Source: a virus (Duplodnaviria > Caudoviricetes). From it: a stretch of 26,371 bases of DNA. A program made the translations under genes and the position numbers. Under the pieces are notes generated by a model. That model made no database searches. It had not been told where the DNA came from and saw only the letters and a program-made list of their open reading frames with translations. Location of the stretch: positions 1 to 26,371 of the IMG/VR virus record IMGVR_UViG_3300005805_000407; one strand, written 5' to 3'. This document shows positions 16,330 through 24,456 of this stretch, in pieces. Numbering within the stretch: position 1 is the first letter of the stretch; each line of letters begins with the position of its first letter.

Positions 16330-16766
16330 CCATTTCAGTCCAGATCGGTGACATCGGCGGCCTGATCAACAGGCTGACGGCCATCCCTGTGGGCATGGAA
16401 AAATACGTCATCCGCAATCTCTCGCAGATCGCTTACGACAGCGCGGAGGCCGGCGCCGATAAGCACACCAAGACCGGAGCGCTGCGGCAGTCGCTGTACA
16501 ACAGGCCCATTGAAGGCGGCCGAGCTGTTGGCCATGACCGCAACCGCGCGCCTTATGCGGCATTCGTCTTGCTCGGCACTAGGCCGCACACGATCAAGCC
16601 CAAACGCAAAAAGGCCCTGCGCTGGGTGGTCGGCAATCGGTTTGCCTTCGCCAAGTCCGTCAAGCACCCAGGCTACCGCGGCGACAATTACCTGCTGCGC
16701 GCGGCCACCGAGGCAGTGCGGCAATTCGACAGAATCGTCAACGACGCAATCAGGCAGCAAAGATGA
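16326..16766 (+). CDS. HK97 gp10-like tail completion/neck protein (start re-set to 16326)
   Basis: KTGALRQS...APYAAFVLLGTRPHTIKPK..KALRW...VKHPG...YL matches the gp10-like pattern. ATGA coupling. Confidence 0.8.
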   Translation: MTISVQIGDIGGLINRLTAIPVGMEKYVIRNLSQIAYDSAEAGADKHTKTGALRQSLYNRPIEGGRAVGHDRNRAPYAAFVLLGTRPHTIKPKRKKALRWVVGNRFAFAKSVKHPGYRGDNYLLRAATEAVRQFDRIVNDAIRQQR

Positions 16767-17068
16767 CCATCTTGAACTACCCCGACGCATACCTGGCAAA
16801 GTTCTGCACCGTTGACCGCGAGACACGGGCCTTCGCTGAGGTGGACATGCTCGGCACGTTTGCCGCTTCCTGGCGTAATCGGCTGACGGTGCTGAAGTGC
16901 TACGTGCTGGCCTGTCTGGAAAATATGTCGGACCCTGAAGACCTGTTCACGGCCAAGCTGGCGGCCTACCGCAAGGAGTTTGACGGCATGCTGGCCCAGG
17001 CTCGGGCGGCCACGCCGGATGCCGCGGGCAATGCGCTGATTTTCAATGTGCCGCTGGAGCGCGCATGA
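16763..17068 (+). CDS. Putative head-tail connector/adaptor
   Basis: 101 aa, helical, ATGA coupled between neck genes; function from context only. Confidence 0.5.
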   Translation: MTILNYPDAYLAKFCTVDRETRAFAEVDMLGTFAASWRNRLTVLKCYVLACLENMSDPEDLFTAKLAAYRKEFDGMLAQARAATPDAAGNALIFNVPLERA

Positions 17069-17427
17069 ACGCCGCGCTTGAGGCCGCCCGCGATGCGTTT
17101 GCCACCATTCCAGGCGTGGCATCGTGCAAGATCGGCCTGGAGCCGAATATCTCGCCCGAGGATTACCCGCTGATTCGCCTGGTGCCGTTTCGGATCACGC
17201 CGGGCCGGCCGTATGGCAACCGCAGCTCGGAAACGTTCGTTTACTTCGGCGTGCCAGTGGCCACCAGCGAAGGCCTCGAGTCGGTCTATGCCGAGCTGTT
17301 TGAGCTCGAGGCGGCCATCCTGGCAAAGCTCAAGACCCTGCAAGGCAGGTACGTCGAGACCATTACGGATGAAGACCGTTTGGAGGCGTACAAAATTTTC
17401 TCTATTCGTTGCTTTATTGAAGGATAA
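17065..17427 (+). CDS. Putative tail terminator/completion protein
   Basis: 120 aa, acidic alpha/beta with DYPLIRLVP; neck-gene context. Confidence 0.5.
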   Translation: MNAALEAARDAFATIPGVASCKIGLEPNISPEDYPLIRLVPFRITPGRPYGNRSSETFVYFGVPVATSEGLESVYAELFELEAAILAKLKTLQGRYVETITDEDRLEAYKIFSIRCFIEG

Positions 17428-17436
17428 AATATAAAC

Positions 17437-18156
17437 ATGAGTTTTTATGTTTATGTTCACCGCAAAGCATCAACTGGAAAAGTTTTTTACGTTGGGAAGG
17501 GCAAAGATCGCAGAGCTTGGAGCACAAACGGAAGAAACAGACAATGGCATAGGACAGTTGAAAAACACGGAATTATTGTAGAAATTGTCCAATTTGGAAT
17601 GCAAGAATGGTGGGCATTCGAGCTTGAACGCGATCTAATTAATAAATATGGCCGCGAAAATCTCGCAAATGTAACAGAAGGCGGAGATGGGCCTTGTGGT
17701 TACAAACACACAAAAGCTGCAAAAACAAAAATGTCGGCAGCTAAAACTGGCAAAAAGAAAGGCCCAGATTCTTTAGAAACGCGCGAGAAAAAAAGAATAG
17801 CAAATATCGGCAAACATAGCGATTACAAACACACAGATGCCGCCCGGAAAAAAATATCTGCGGCGCTCAAACAACGCCAACGTACCCAAGAAACTAGATT
17901 GCGTATTTCTGCATCCCTCACGGGCAAGAAAGCCAGCGCTGCGCATCGGCAATCGCTTGTTAAGTCTCACGGAGGAAAGCAAGTGGTTTGCATAACGACC
18001 AATCAGACATTCATGGGCGCAAGCGATGCGGCCGCATGGCTTCGATCTATTGGAAAAAGTAAAGCTAGCCCTGGCGGCGTCTCAAACAATTGCAAAGGCC
18101 GCGCCGCTCACGCTTATGGCTATAAATTTGGTTACGTTGAATCGCTGCCGTCCTGA
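17437..18156 (+). CDS. Free-standing GIY-YIG homing endonuclease with NUMOD3 repeats and a C-terminal NUMOD1-like HTH
   Basis: FYVYVH...FYVGKG..RR, AFELE..LI and LANVTEGGDG. About five HT/SxExxxKxS.A..GK repeats. AT-rich relative to flanking genes. Confidence 0.9.
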   Translation: MSFYVYVHRKASTGKVFYVGKGKDRRAWSTNGRNRQWHRTVEKHGIIVEIVQFGMQEWWAFELERDLINKYGRENLANVTEGGDGPCGYKHTKAAKTKMSAAKTGKKKGPDSLETREKKRIANIGKHSDYKHTDAARKKISAALKQRQRTQETRLRISASLTGKKASAAHRQSLVKSHGGKQVVCITTNQTFMGASDAAAWLRSIGKSKASPGGVSNNCKGRAAHAYGYKFGYVESLPS

Positions 18157-18314
18157 TCGCTAGAGTATTCCTCTTGCTCTTCGCGCCATAGGTTAAAGCA
18201 CACCGCGGCGCGCTGGCCGACGTTGCTGAAATCCTCGCGCATGGTCGGATTGGCCATGCAGCGGGCGATGAACTGGTCGCGGTCCTCTTCAGGGCCCGGC
18301 TTGGGTAAAGGCAT
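18132..18314 (-). CDS. 60-aa conserved phage head-region protein (start re-set to ATG 18314)
   Basis: MPLPKPGPEEDRDQFIARCM...EDF...QRAAVCF. Overlaps the end of the MuF-like gene; GGAG lies upstream. Confidence 0.65.
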   Translation of the reverse strand: MPLPKPGPEEDRDQFIARCMANPTMREDFSNVGQRAAVCFNLWREEQEEYSSDQDGSDST

Positions 18315-19410
18315 TTGCTGCTTGCTCCAGGTTGATGATGCGGTAGGCCGGGTCTTTCGACTCATTGGCCACCGAGATGGCTGATTCACCGTTCAGCACG
18401 CGCTGCAGTTTGTCGCGGCTGCCGGCCACCTGAGCGGCCACCGGTTGGCTCAGGCGGCTTAGAAAATACTGGTCGGCGTTTTCGTCTTCAGGGGGCTGGC
18501 GGCGGCCTGTGAGATCCAGGCGGGGGACTGCCACACAACGGCAGAAACTGTGGAAAGGCGGATTCGGTGCCACCTTTTTCGGATACACCCCAGGCCCCAG
18601 GCCATACTGGTCGCGCCCCGTGATCAACGAACAGATGCACGGATCCTTGCCCGTGCGGCTGCGGCGGATTTGGACGTATTCCACCTCGTCATCGTCCAGC
18701 AGCAGGCTCGCCTCGCGCTCTGCGTAGGCTTTGTGCAGCTCGGTGCGAGCGATGCGCTCCGCAAAGAACCGCACACGCTCGAAAAACGCCACTTTGAGCC
18801 GTTTTTCCAGCACATCCCTGGCTATCCCCTCATCCAGGCCGTCCAGGGCCTCCAAAACGCCGCTATAGGCCGCGCGCAGGGCTGGGGTGGAGAGATCATC
18901 GACCTGGAGCTGTGCAAGCGCCTTGGCCATCTCGCGCTCAAGCCTGTCATCGGTCAGGATGACCTCGCGCAGGTACTTCGGTAGCTCGCGGTTGCGCCTG
19001 GTGATCTGCAGCGGTTCGGCGTCGGGTTCGCGGAAGTTGTAGCCCTCGAAAAGCTCGAGCGCCAGGCGCCGCGCATCCTGCATGCCTGAAACGTGCCGTT
19101 GCACGATGCCCTGCACCACGTTGGAGACGTCTTGCGCCTCGGCGTACAGCCGGCGCGACAGCGAAACCTGGCCCACCTGGATGGCCAGCACCGCAGAGGT
19201 GCCGACGCTTTGATCCAGCACAGCAGACAGAGCCGCGGCCATCAGATCAGCATAGGCCCCGGTGAAGCTGTCCATGACCTCAGCAATAGCATCGCGCGGC
19301 GCTTTGCCGCGGCGCATCATGTCCATCGCTCGCTCGTAGGCCGCCAGCACCTCGGCCTCGACATCGGCGCCGAGCGATGCCAGGAGTTTCTGTTGCTGGG
19401 CCGGCGTCAT
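18289..19410 (-). CDS. MuF/SPP1 gp7-like minor head morphogenesis protein
   Basis: AERIARTEL, CICS and PPFHSFCRC motifs. ATGA coupled to TerL. Confidence 0.8.
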   Translation of the reverse strand: MTPAQQQKLLASLGADVEAEVLAAYERAMDMMRRGKAPRDAIAEVMDSFTGAYADLMAAALSAVLDQSVGTSAVLAIQVGQVSLSRRLYAEAQDVSNVVQGIVQRHVSGMQDARRLALELFEGYNFREPDAEPLQITRRNRELPKYLREVILTDDRLEREMAKALAQLQVDDLSTPALRAAYSGVLEALDGLDEGIARDVLEKRLKVAFFERVRFFAERIARTELHKAYAEREASLLLDDDEVEYVQIRRSRTGKDPCICSLITGRDQYGLGPGVYPKKVAPNPPFHSFCRCVAVPRLDLTGRRQPPEDENADQYFLSRLSQPVAAQVAGSRDKLQRVLNGESAISVANESKDPAYRIINLEQAANAFTQAGP

Positions 19411-20642
19411 AGGCCCTGGATCTTAACCGTGGCGGCGCCTGAGTCGCGCTTGCGGATCAGGGGCGTCAAAGCGTAGCGCAGAGCGTCGATGCCGTGATTC
19501 CAAGAGTCCAGAACGTCGGGCATGATGTCGCCTGTCAGGCGGTCCACGCGGTAGCTGTACAGGCTGGTTTCTTTGATCAGGTGCTCGCACCGCGGGTGGA
19601 TCACGATCTCGGCGTAGCTGCGCAGGTGCGCGATGCCGTCGTTGACGCTGCCAGGCCATTTGGCCACCGACACCACCCTGGGCAGGCCGTGCCGCTGCAG
19701 GTAGCTGATGCTTTCAGGGCGGGCGCTGTCGGCGCGCATTGTGTGCTGCTGCACCCCAGGTATGAGCCGGGTCAGAAAATCGGCTGTAGCGTCGATTTCG
19801 AGGCCTTTGGCCTGGGCTTCGTGGTCAACCCAGATCCTGGCGTCTTTGATCCAGCACCGCACGGCGGCCGTCGGGTCTTGCGCGAAGCCGAAATCCAGGC
19901 CGAAGTACGGGCCATCCCAGCCTGGGCCACCGGCCTCGAAGTCACGCACCGTTACCTTGCCGGCCAGCACCTGGGCGTCGCTCTTGGTCAGGTAGGCACC
20001 ATCCCAGACGTGGGCGTAGGTGCCTGGGTCCATCATTGACTGCTGGCGGCGGCGCAGCTCGTCAAGCTCGGGTGGAAAAAACGGGTTGTCCTGCCAATTG
20101 ATCTCGACAATCTTGGACCGCTCTGGCGGCCTCTTACGAAACCTCGAATCCACGGGACTGCCGTCCAGGCGCGGATTCCACAGCACCCACATCTCGGCTT
20201 TAGGCTGGCGGAAGACGGTCGGCTCGAGATCCAGCCAGGCGCTTTCAGGCACGTCCTCAGCCTCCTCGACGATGGTAAGGTCAATCTTGGCCGTGGACTT
20301 CACCGCCGTTATGTTGTTGCGCAGGCCGCGGAACAGGAACTCCGTCCCGTTGCGTCCACGAAGGTAGTCCACCCCGACGTCGTAGTGCGCCGCCAGCCAC
20401 GGGTAGGCCGCGATGGCTGCCTTCAGCTCGGCGTGAAATGACTCCTTGATGCTGACCTGCAGCTCGCGCGTGCACAGCACCCGCAGCGGCTCAATGAATC
20501 CCCAGATGGCCGCCATGAGGGCCATGCTGAAGCTCTTGCCGCTGCCGCGGCCACCGTAGACGCCGCGGTACAGGTATGCCCCCCTGGGTTCTTTGAAAAC
20601 CTCCAGGATTTTTGGCGGCAGCTCGACGCGGGCTGTGGTCAT
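19407..20642 (-). CDS. terL: Terminase large subunit (PBSX/SPP1-type)
   Basis: Walker A GGRGSGKS, Walker B TIVEEAE, WNP motif, nuclease GLDFGFAQDPTA and NHGIDALRYA. Confidence 0.96.
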   Translation of the reverse strand: MTTARVELPPKILEVFKEPRGAYLYRGVYGGRGSGKSFSMALMAAIWGFIEPLRVLCTRELQVSIKESFHAELKAAIAAYPWLAAHYDVGVDYLRGRNGTEFLFRGLRNNITAVKSTAKIDLTIVEEAEDVPESAWLDLEPTVFRQPKAEMWVLWNPRLDGSPVDSRFRKRPPERSKIVEINWQDNPFFPPELDELRRRQQSMMDPGTYAHVWDGAYLTKSDAQVLAGKVTVRDFEAGGPGWDGPYFGLDFGFAQDPTAAVRCWIKDARIWVDHEAQAKGLEIDATADFLTRLIPGVQQHTMRADSARPESISYLQRHGLPRVVSVAKWPGSVNDGIAHLRSYAEIVIHPRCEHLIKETSLYSYRVDRLTGDIMPDVLDSWNHGIDALRYALTPLIRKRDSGAATVKIQGL

Positions 20643-21064
20643 TCAGATTTTGCGATCAGCTCGATTCTGTGGACCAATGGCGATTTATCGTCGCCGCTGA
20701 TTTCGATTTTCTCGCCGTATTTCTTCGGCGCCAGTTTTGATAACAGCCACTTGCGAGTATCTACCTGGAGTTTGTGCTTTTGCACAGCGGCCCAATCCTT
20801 CCGGCCATCGGGTGTTTCTCCGACATCGACGTCGGATAACTCCATGACCTCCTGGGCGATGCGTTCGACGAAGTTCTCTCGCGCCTGCGCGTACCTGTCG
20901 GCCAGCTCCGCGTCCTGCCCCACCCACATCATGAACGTCGGCATCGGCACACCGGCCGCCTGACAAGCCTTGAAGCAGCTCATGCCCGAGTCCATCGCCT
21001 TGATGACTCGATCCGCCATCTCGGCCCGCTCTGGGCTTCCTGGCTTGGTTCGTTTGTTTGCCAT
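20639..21064 (-). CDS. terS: Terminase small subunit (Sf6 gp1-like; start re-set to ATG 21064)
   Basis: N-terminal HTH, YAQARE and KLQVDTRKWLLSKLAPKKYGEK. AGGAG SD, ATGA coupled to TerL. Confidence 0.88.
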   Translation of the reverse strand: MANKRTKPGSPERAEMADRVIKAMDSGMSCFKACQAAGVPMPTFMMWVGQDAELADRYAQARENFVERIAQEVMELSDVDVGETPDGRKDWAAVQKHKLQVDTRKWLLSKLAPKKYGEKIEISGDDKSPLVHRIELIAKSE

Positions 21065-21126
21065 CTTTGCTCCTATGTTAGTGACCACTCATGGTCTCAG
21101 AAACTGGTCCGGCGCTTGCCGCTGGA

Positions 21127-21301
21127 CTCTACGCGTTCTACGCTTCTACGCGTAGAACACGTGATTTTGAAAACCCCTCCATGTGCGTGCGCATGTGTGT
21201 GCGCATGTGTATTAGTATAAACATGGTGTAGAACGTGTAGAACGTGTAGAACTCCAATGCTGACAACAACTTAGCACGTGTAGAGTTGCTACACGTTCTA
21301 C
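21127..21301. repeat. Iteron-like direct/inverted repeat cluster; putative replication origin (or packaging-initiation region)
   Basis: TCTACGC x3, perfect palindrome TTCTACGCGTAGAA (21144-21157), GTGTAGAAC x3 (21226-21252), inverted CTACACGTTCTAC (21289-21301) and an alternating purine-pyrimidine tract (21180-21212). Directly downstream of the primase-helicase. Confidence 0.75.
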
Positions 21302-23451
21302 TCCTCTTTGACCCACGCCCGAAAACTGCGCCCGTTTGTCGATTTGGTGATGACCGTTCGCCATCCGAGCACTCGCATCACTCGACCGACTCGTTTCTGC
21401 GCAATCTGGTCATGGCGACCGATCTCGATCTTCAGGCAGTCGGACAAAATCTCAGACGTTGTAGGCCGATTCTGATTCCACAGCCACCCACTGATGACGG
21501 CTTCCCATGAGTCGGCATCCCGCCTGGATTCAACCTCTTCGTTCTGCAGGTCCATCGGGACATCCCACCATGAACCGCCTTCGTTGAACAGATGGACGGC
21601 CTCAGCGAAGAGCTGGTCCCTGTTGTCACGCAGCCAGTCGTGGTTGACATTGCCGCAGCGTACAGGCCAGAAGCGCCGCGCTCCGGTGTCGTCTCTCTGC
21701 CAATCATCGCGGTTTGTCGTGCAGGCCAAAACCGTTTGTCTTGGATGGTTTTCTGTGTTTCTGCCATAGCTCTTTCTATATCTGTCCATCTGGCAAGAGA
21801 TAATGCCTTTGATGCGCTCAACCTCTGCGCGAGTAAATGAATGCATTTCGGCAATCTCGACCAGCATGTGGCCTTTCAGGACTTCGTAGAAGTCTTTGTG
21901 CGTCACATTTTCGTGACACTCCGTAAACCACTTGCCTCCGAGGATGCGCAGCGCGGTGGACTTGCCGGCGCCTTGCGTTCCTTCCAGAACTGGCACGGTG
22001 TCAACCTTGCATCCTGGCCGAAACACTCGGGCCACCATTGACATGACCCAGCAGCGGCCTACGGCGTCTGTGTAGGTGTTTTCTGGGGCTCCAAGACCTT
22101 CTGACATCAAGTAGGACAGCCTGCGCACACCGTCCCAGGCAAGCGATTTCAGCCAATCCTTGCACTCGTTGCGGGTGTCGTGGAATGCGGCCACCACAGC
22201 AGCGTCGTGGCACGTTTGCAGGCCGATGCGCGTGAGTCCTACGTGGCGTTGCATGTAGAGCTGCAGCAGCACATCGTCGGCGTCTTTCCACTGGCGTGCC
22301 TCCCCCTGCCAGGTGGTCATGATCGTATCCAGAAACTCGTCATACCAAATCTTGCCGCGCAGATTTTGGTCAGACTCTATTGCCCTGACCACGTTGTCAA
22401 GGTTCATGATAGGCGTGCCGTTCGGCATCAGGACCAGATCAAGCTGTGGCCGAGCGTCGATCTCGCCTGTCTCTGGATCAATTGATGGTGCGATGGCGAC
22501 CGCTGCAGATGGTTTCGCAGGCTTGGCCTTCCACTTGGTCGCCCGCGGCTTCATCCATGCCTTGCATTCATCCCAGTTTGAAAAGTCCGCGTCTGCCGCA
22601 TCCCACCCGTCCGGCTGATCAGAGACGTCCAGAATCTTGACCTCTGCCGCGCTGGCGGAGATGATCTGAGCCACACGCTCCATGGCCTTTCGGCCAGGCT
22701 CGTCTGCGTCCGGCCACAGCAGCACCTTGCGGCCTGCCAGCGGCGTCCAGTCGGCCTTGTCTGCGGCCATTGCGCCTGCGGGCCATGTCACCACCACATA
22801 AGGCCCAGCGAAGCGTCGTGCTGCCTCTGCGGCCTTCTCGCCCTCGACCACCAGCACGGCGGCATCGGGCCGCTCTGCAAGCTCCTGCAGGCCATACAGC
22901 GGCCGCGGTGCCGGCCACTGGCCCATGCCCCAGCGTTCGCCGTCCCATGTCCACGGGATGATCTGCTTGCGCTCTCCTTGCGGGTCATAGCGGGCCACGT
23001 AGCCCAGCACTTCGCCGTGTGCGTTGCGATAGGTCCACCGTGCCGATGGCTTGCCGTAGCGGCTATGTATGCACGGGCACTCCGCAAAGTTTGCAGGCAC
23101 TGGCGTAACCACGCGCCGGGCCGGCTCTGGTTGCGGCACCGAATGGGCGTGACCGTTGACTCGCGGCTGCGGCTTGGTTTCGCCGCCGAGCTGGCGGTAA
23201 GCCTCGCCCATCGAAATGCTGTTGATCGCGCCGTACAGGCTCACCAAATCGCTGCCGTGGTCACCAGTTGCGAAGTCTGACCACGCGCCTGTTGCAAGGT
23301 TGACCTTGAGGGATTGACCAGCGGCACCGCTGAGATCTCCAGCCACCCAGGAATTGCCGCGCTTGCGGCCGGCTGGGAGCCAGGATGTGAGGTGAGTTTC
23401 AGCCGATGCGAGGAGTTGACGGGCCAGGTCGTCGAAGTCGAGGCCGGCCAT
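21298..23451 (-). CDS. Primase-helicase: TOPRIM primase domain fused to a VapE-like P-loop ATPase
   Basis: TOPRIM VLVVEGEKAA...LLWPDADEPG, Walker A GTQGAGKS, LVEIAEM, and TTNRDDWQRDDTGARRFWPV plus RDQLFAEA (VapE family). Confidence 0.9.
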   Translation of the reverse strand: MAGLDFDDLARQLLASAETHLTSWLPAGRKRGNSWVAGDLSGAAGQSLKVNLATGAWSDFATGDHGSDLVSLYGAINSISMGEAYRQLGGETKPQPRVNGHAHSVPQPEPARRVVTPVPANFAECPCIHSRYGKPSARWTYRNAHGEVLGYVARYDPQGERKQIIPWTWDGERWGMGQWPAPRPLYGLQELAERPDAAVLVVEGEKAAEAARRFAGPYVVVTWPAGAMAADKADWTPLAGRKVLLWPDADEPGRKAMERVAQIISASAAEVKILDVSDQPDGWDAADADFSNWDECKAWMKPRATKWKAKPAKPSAAVAIAPSIDPETGEIDARPQLDLVLMPNGTPIMNLDNVVRAIESDQNLRGKIWYDEFLDTIMTTWQGEARQWKDADDVLLQLYMQRHVGLTRIGLQTCHDAAVVAAFHDTRNECKDWLKSLAWDGVRRLSYLMSEGLGAPENTYTDAVGRCWVMSMVARVFRPGCKVDTVPVLEGTQGAGKSTALRILGGKWFTECHENVTHKDFYEVLKGHMLVEIAEMHSFTRAEVERIKGIISCQMDRYRKSYGRNTENHPRQTVLACTTNRDDWQRDDTGARRFWPVRCGNVNHDWLRDNRDQLFAEAVHLFNEGGSWWDVPMDLQNEEVESRRDADSWEAVISGWLWNQNRPTTSEILSDCLKIEIGRHDQIAQKRVGRVMRVLGWRTVITKSTNGRSFRAWVKEE

Positions 23452-23453
23452 GG

Positions 23454-23753
23454 TCAGATCGGGTCAGAGTCAGGGACCAACCACATGAGGTCGGGGTCGT
23501 TGTGCGTGACGTTTTCCTTTGCTTCGTCGCACAATTCCCAGGCCAGTCCCCAGGCCCGCATCTGTTCTTGTGTTGGCTGCTGTTGACGGCTCCACATGAC
23601 CGTAAGGAAGCCCTTGTGGTCATAGATCGCATCAATCAGCAATGCGGCTTGTTGTTCTGAGATCCCGTAGATTGCGCAGAAGCAATACCGGGCTTTTCTA
23701 AGGCGGTCGATCCGCCAGCCTTCGGTCTCGGACCGATTGGCACTGATGAGCAT
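23454..23753 (-). CDS. Hypothetical protein (99 aa)
   Basis: AAGGAG SD, ends 2 nt before the primase start. Confidence 0.7.
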   Translation of the reverse strand: MLISANRSETEGWRIDRLRKARYCFCAIYGISEQQAALLIDAIYDHKGFLTVMWSRQQQPTQEQMRAWGLAWELCDEAKENVTHNDPDLMWLVPDSDPI

Positions 23754-23829
23754 CGCTCACTCCTTCGGGCACTACGGTTGCGCTCTGTGCGCGCCCGCTG
23801 GCCGGCCCAAACAACCAGCGGGAAGGTTC

Positions 23830-23860
23830 AGTATAGGCCCGCAGCGTGGGCCCAAGTCAA
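23830..23860 (-). promoter_or_regulatory. Sigma70-like promoter TTGACT-N19-TATACT for the primase operon
   Basis: -35 at 23860-23855 and -10 at 23835-23830, each 5/6 consensus. The 19-bp spacer contains the dyad GGCCC-N7-GGGCC. Confidence 0.6.
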
Positions 23861-23863
23861 GCC

Positions 23864-24253
23864 TCAGAACGGGATGTCGTCGTCCATGTCGTCGAAGTTT
23901 GTCTTCGGCCTCGCCGCCGCCTGGCGCTCCCGCTCGGCCCTCTCACGGATGGCAATGGCGTCACGCTGATCCTGGGTCATGCGTGGTGCAGGCGCGGCAG
24001 CTGGTGCAGGGGCCGAGGCGTAGGCCGGCGCAGGCGCGTAATCGGCCGCAGGGGCGTCCTTCGGCTTCACCGACAGGCTCATGTACTTCTGGCCCGCCAG
24101 CTTCGTCCCGTCGCGCCCGGTCTTGATCCAGGCCGAGAGCCAGTATTCGCGGCCCTCGACGTTGATGCTGCCGCGATAGTCCGGCCGGCTTTCGTTGCCC
24201 TGCTTGTCGTTGCGGGCCAGAAGGCCGCTGTTTTCGTTGCTGTACTGAGTCAT
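23864..24253 (-). CDS. Putative single-stranded DNA-binding protein with SSB-type acidic tail (start re-set to ATG 24253)
   Basis: PDYRGSINVEGREYWLSAW...YMSLSV core, Ala/Pro linker and C-terminal DDMDDDIPF. AGAGGA SD. Confidence 0.75.
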   Translation of the reverse strand: MTQYSNENSGLLARNDKQGNESRPDYRGSINVEGREYWLSAWIKTGRDGTKLAGQKYMSLSVKPKDAPAADYAPAPAYASAPAPAAAPAPRMTQDQRDAIAIRERAERERQAAARPKTNFDDMDDDIPF

Positions 24254-24456
24254 GTGTCCTCTGTGGTGATGCGGCCCTGCCGCTTGAGAAAGGGCCTGCG
24301 GCCCAGGTGGAACAGGTGGCAGTGTGGGCAGTGGTAAATCTGCCGGCTGCGGCCACGGCGCGAGGAGCGTTCGCTTACGCGCTGGGCTTGGAGAAACGAC
24401 GCGAACCCAACTTTGCCAAGGCACGCGCTGGCGCGGTAGGTGTCGTCATGGGTCAT
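24250..24456 (-). CDS. Small Zn-ribbon-like phage protein (68 aa)
   Basis: C.GK..F...A and YHCPHCHLFHL. TGATG and ATGA coupling at its two ends. Confidence 0.7.
   Translation of the reverse strand: MTHDDTYRASACLGKVGFASFLQAQRVSERSSRRGRSRQIYHCPHCHLFHLGRRPFLKRQGRITTEDT

Noticed and set aside
11668-18160. Site-specific invertible segment (shufflon/Gin-like) explaining the + strand block
   Set aside because: No inverted repeats seen at the junctions, no recombinase in the window, and flipping the block would not restore canonical gene order.
21226-21252. Short tandem repeats as a possible CRISPR array
   Set aside because: 9-bp units with no spacers and no cas genes; better explained as iterons.
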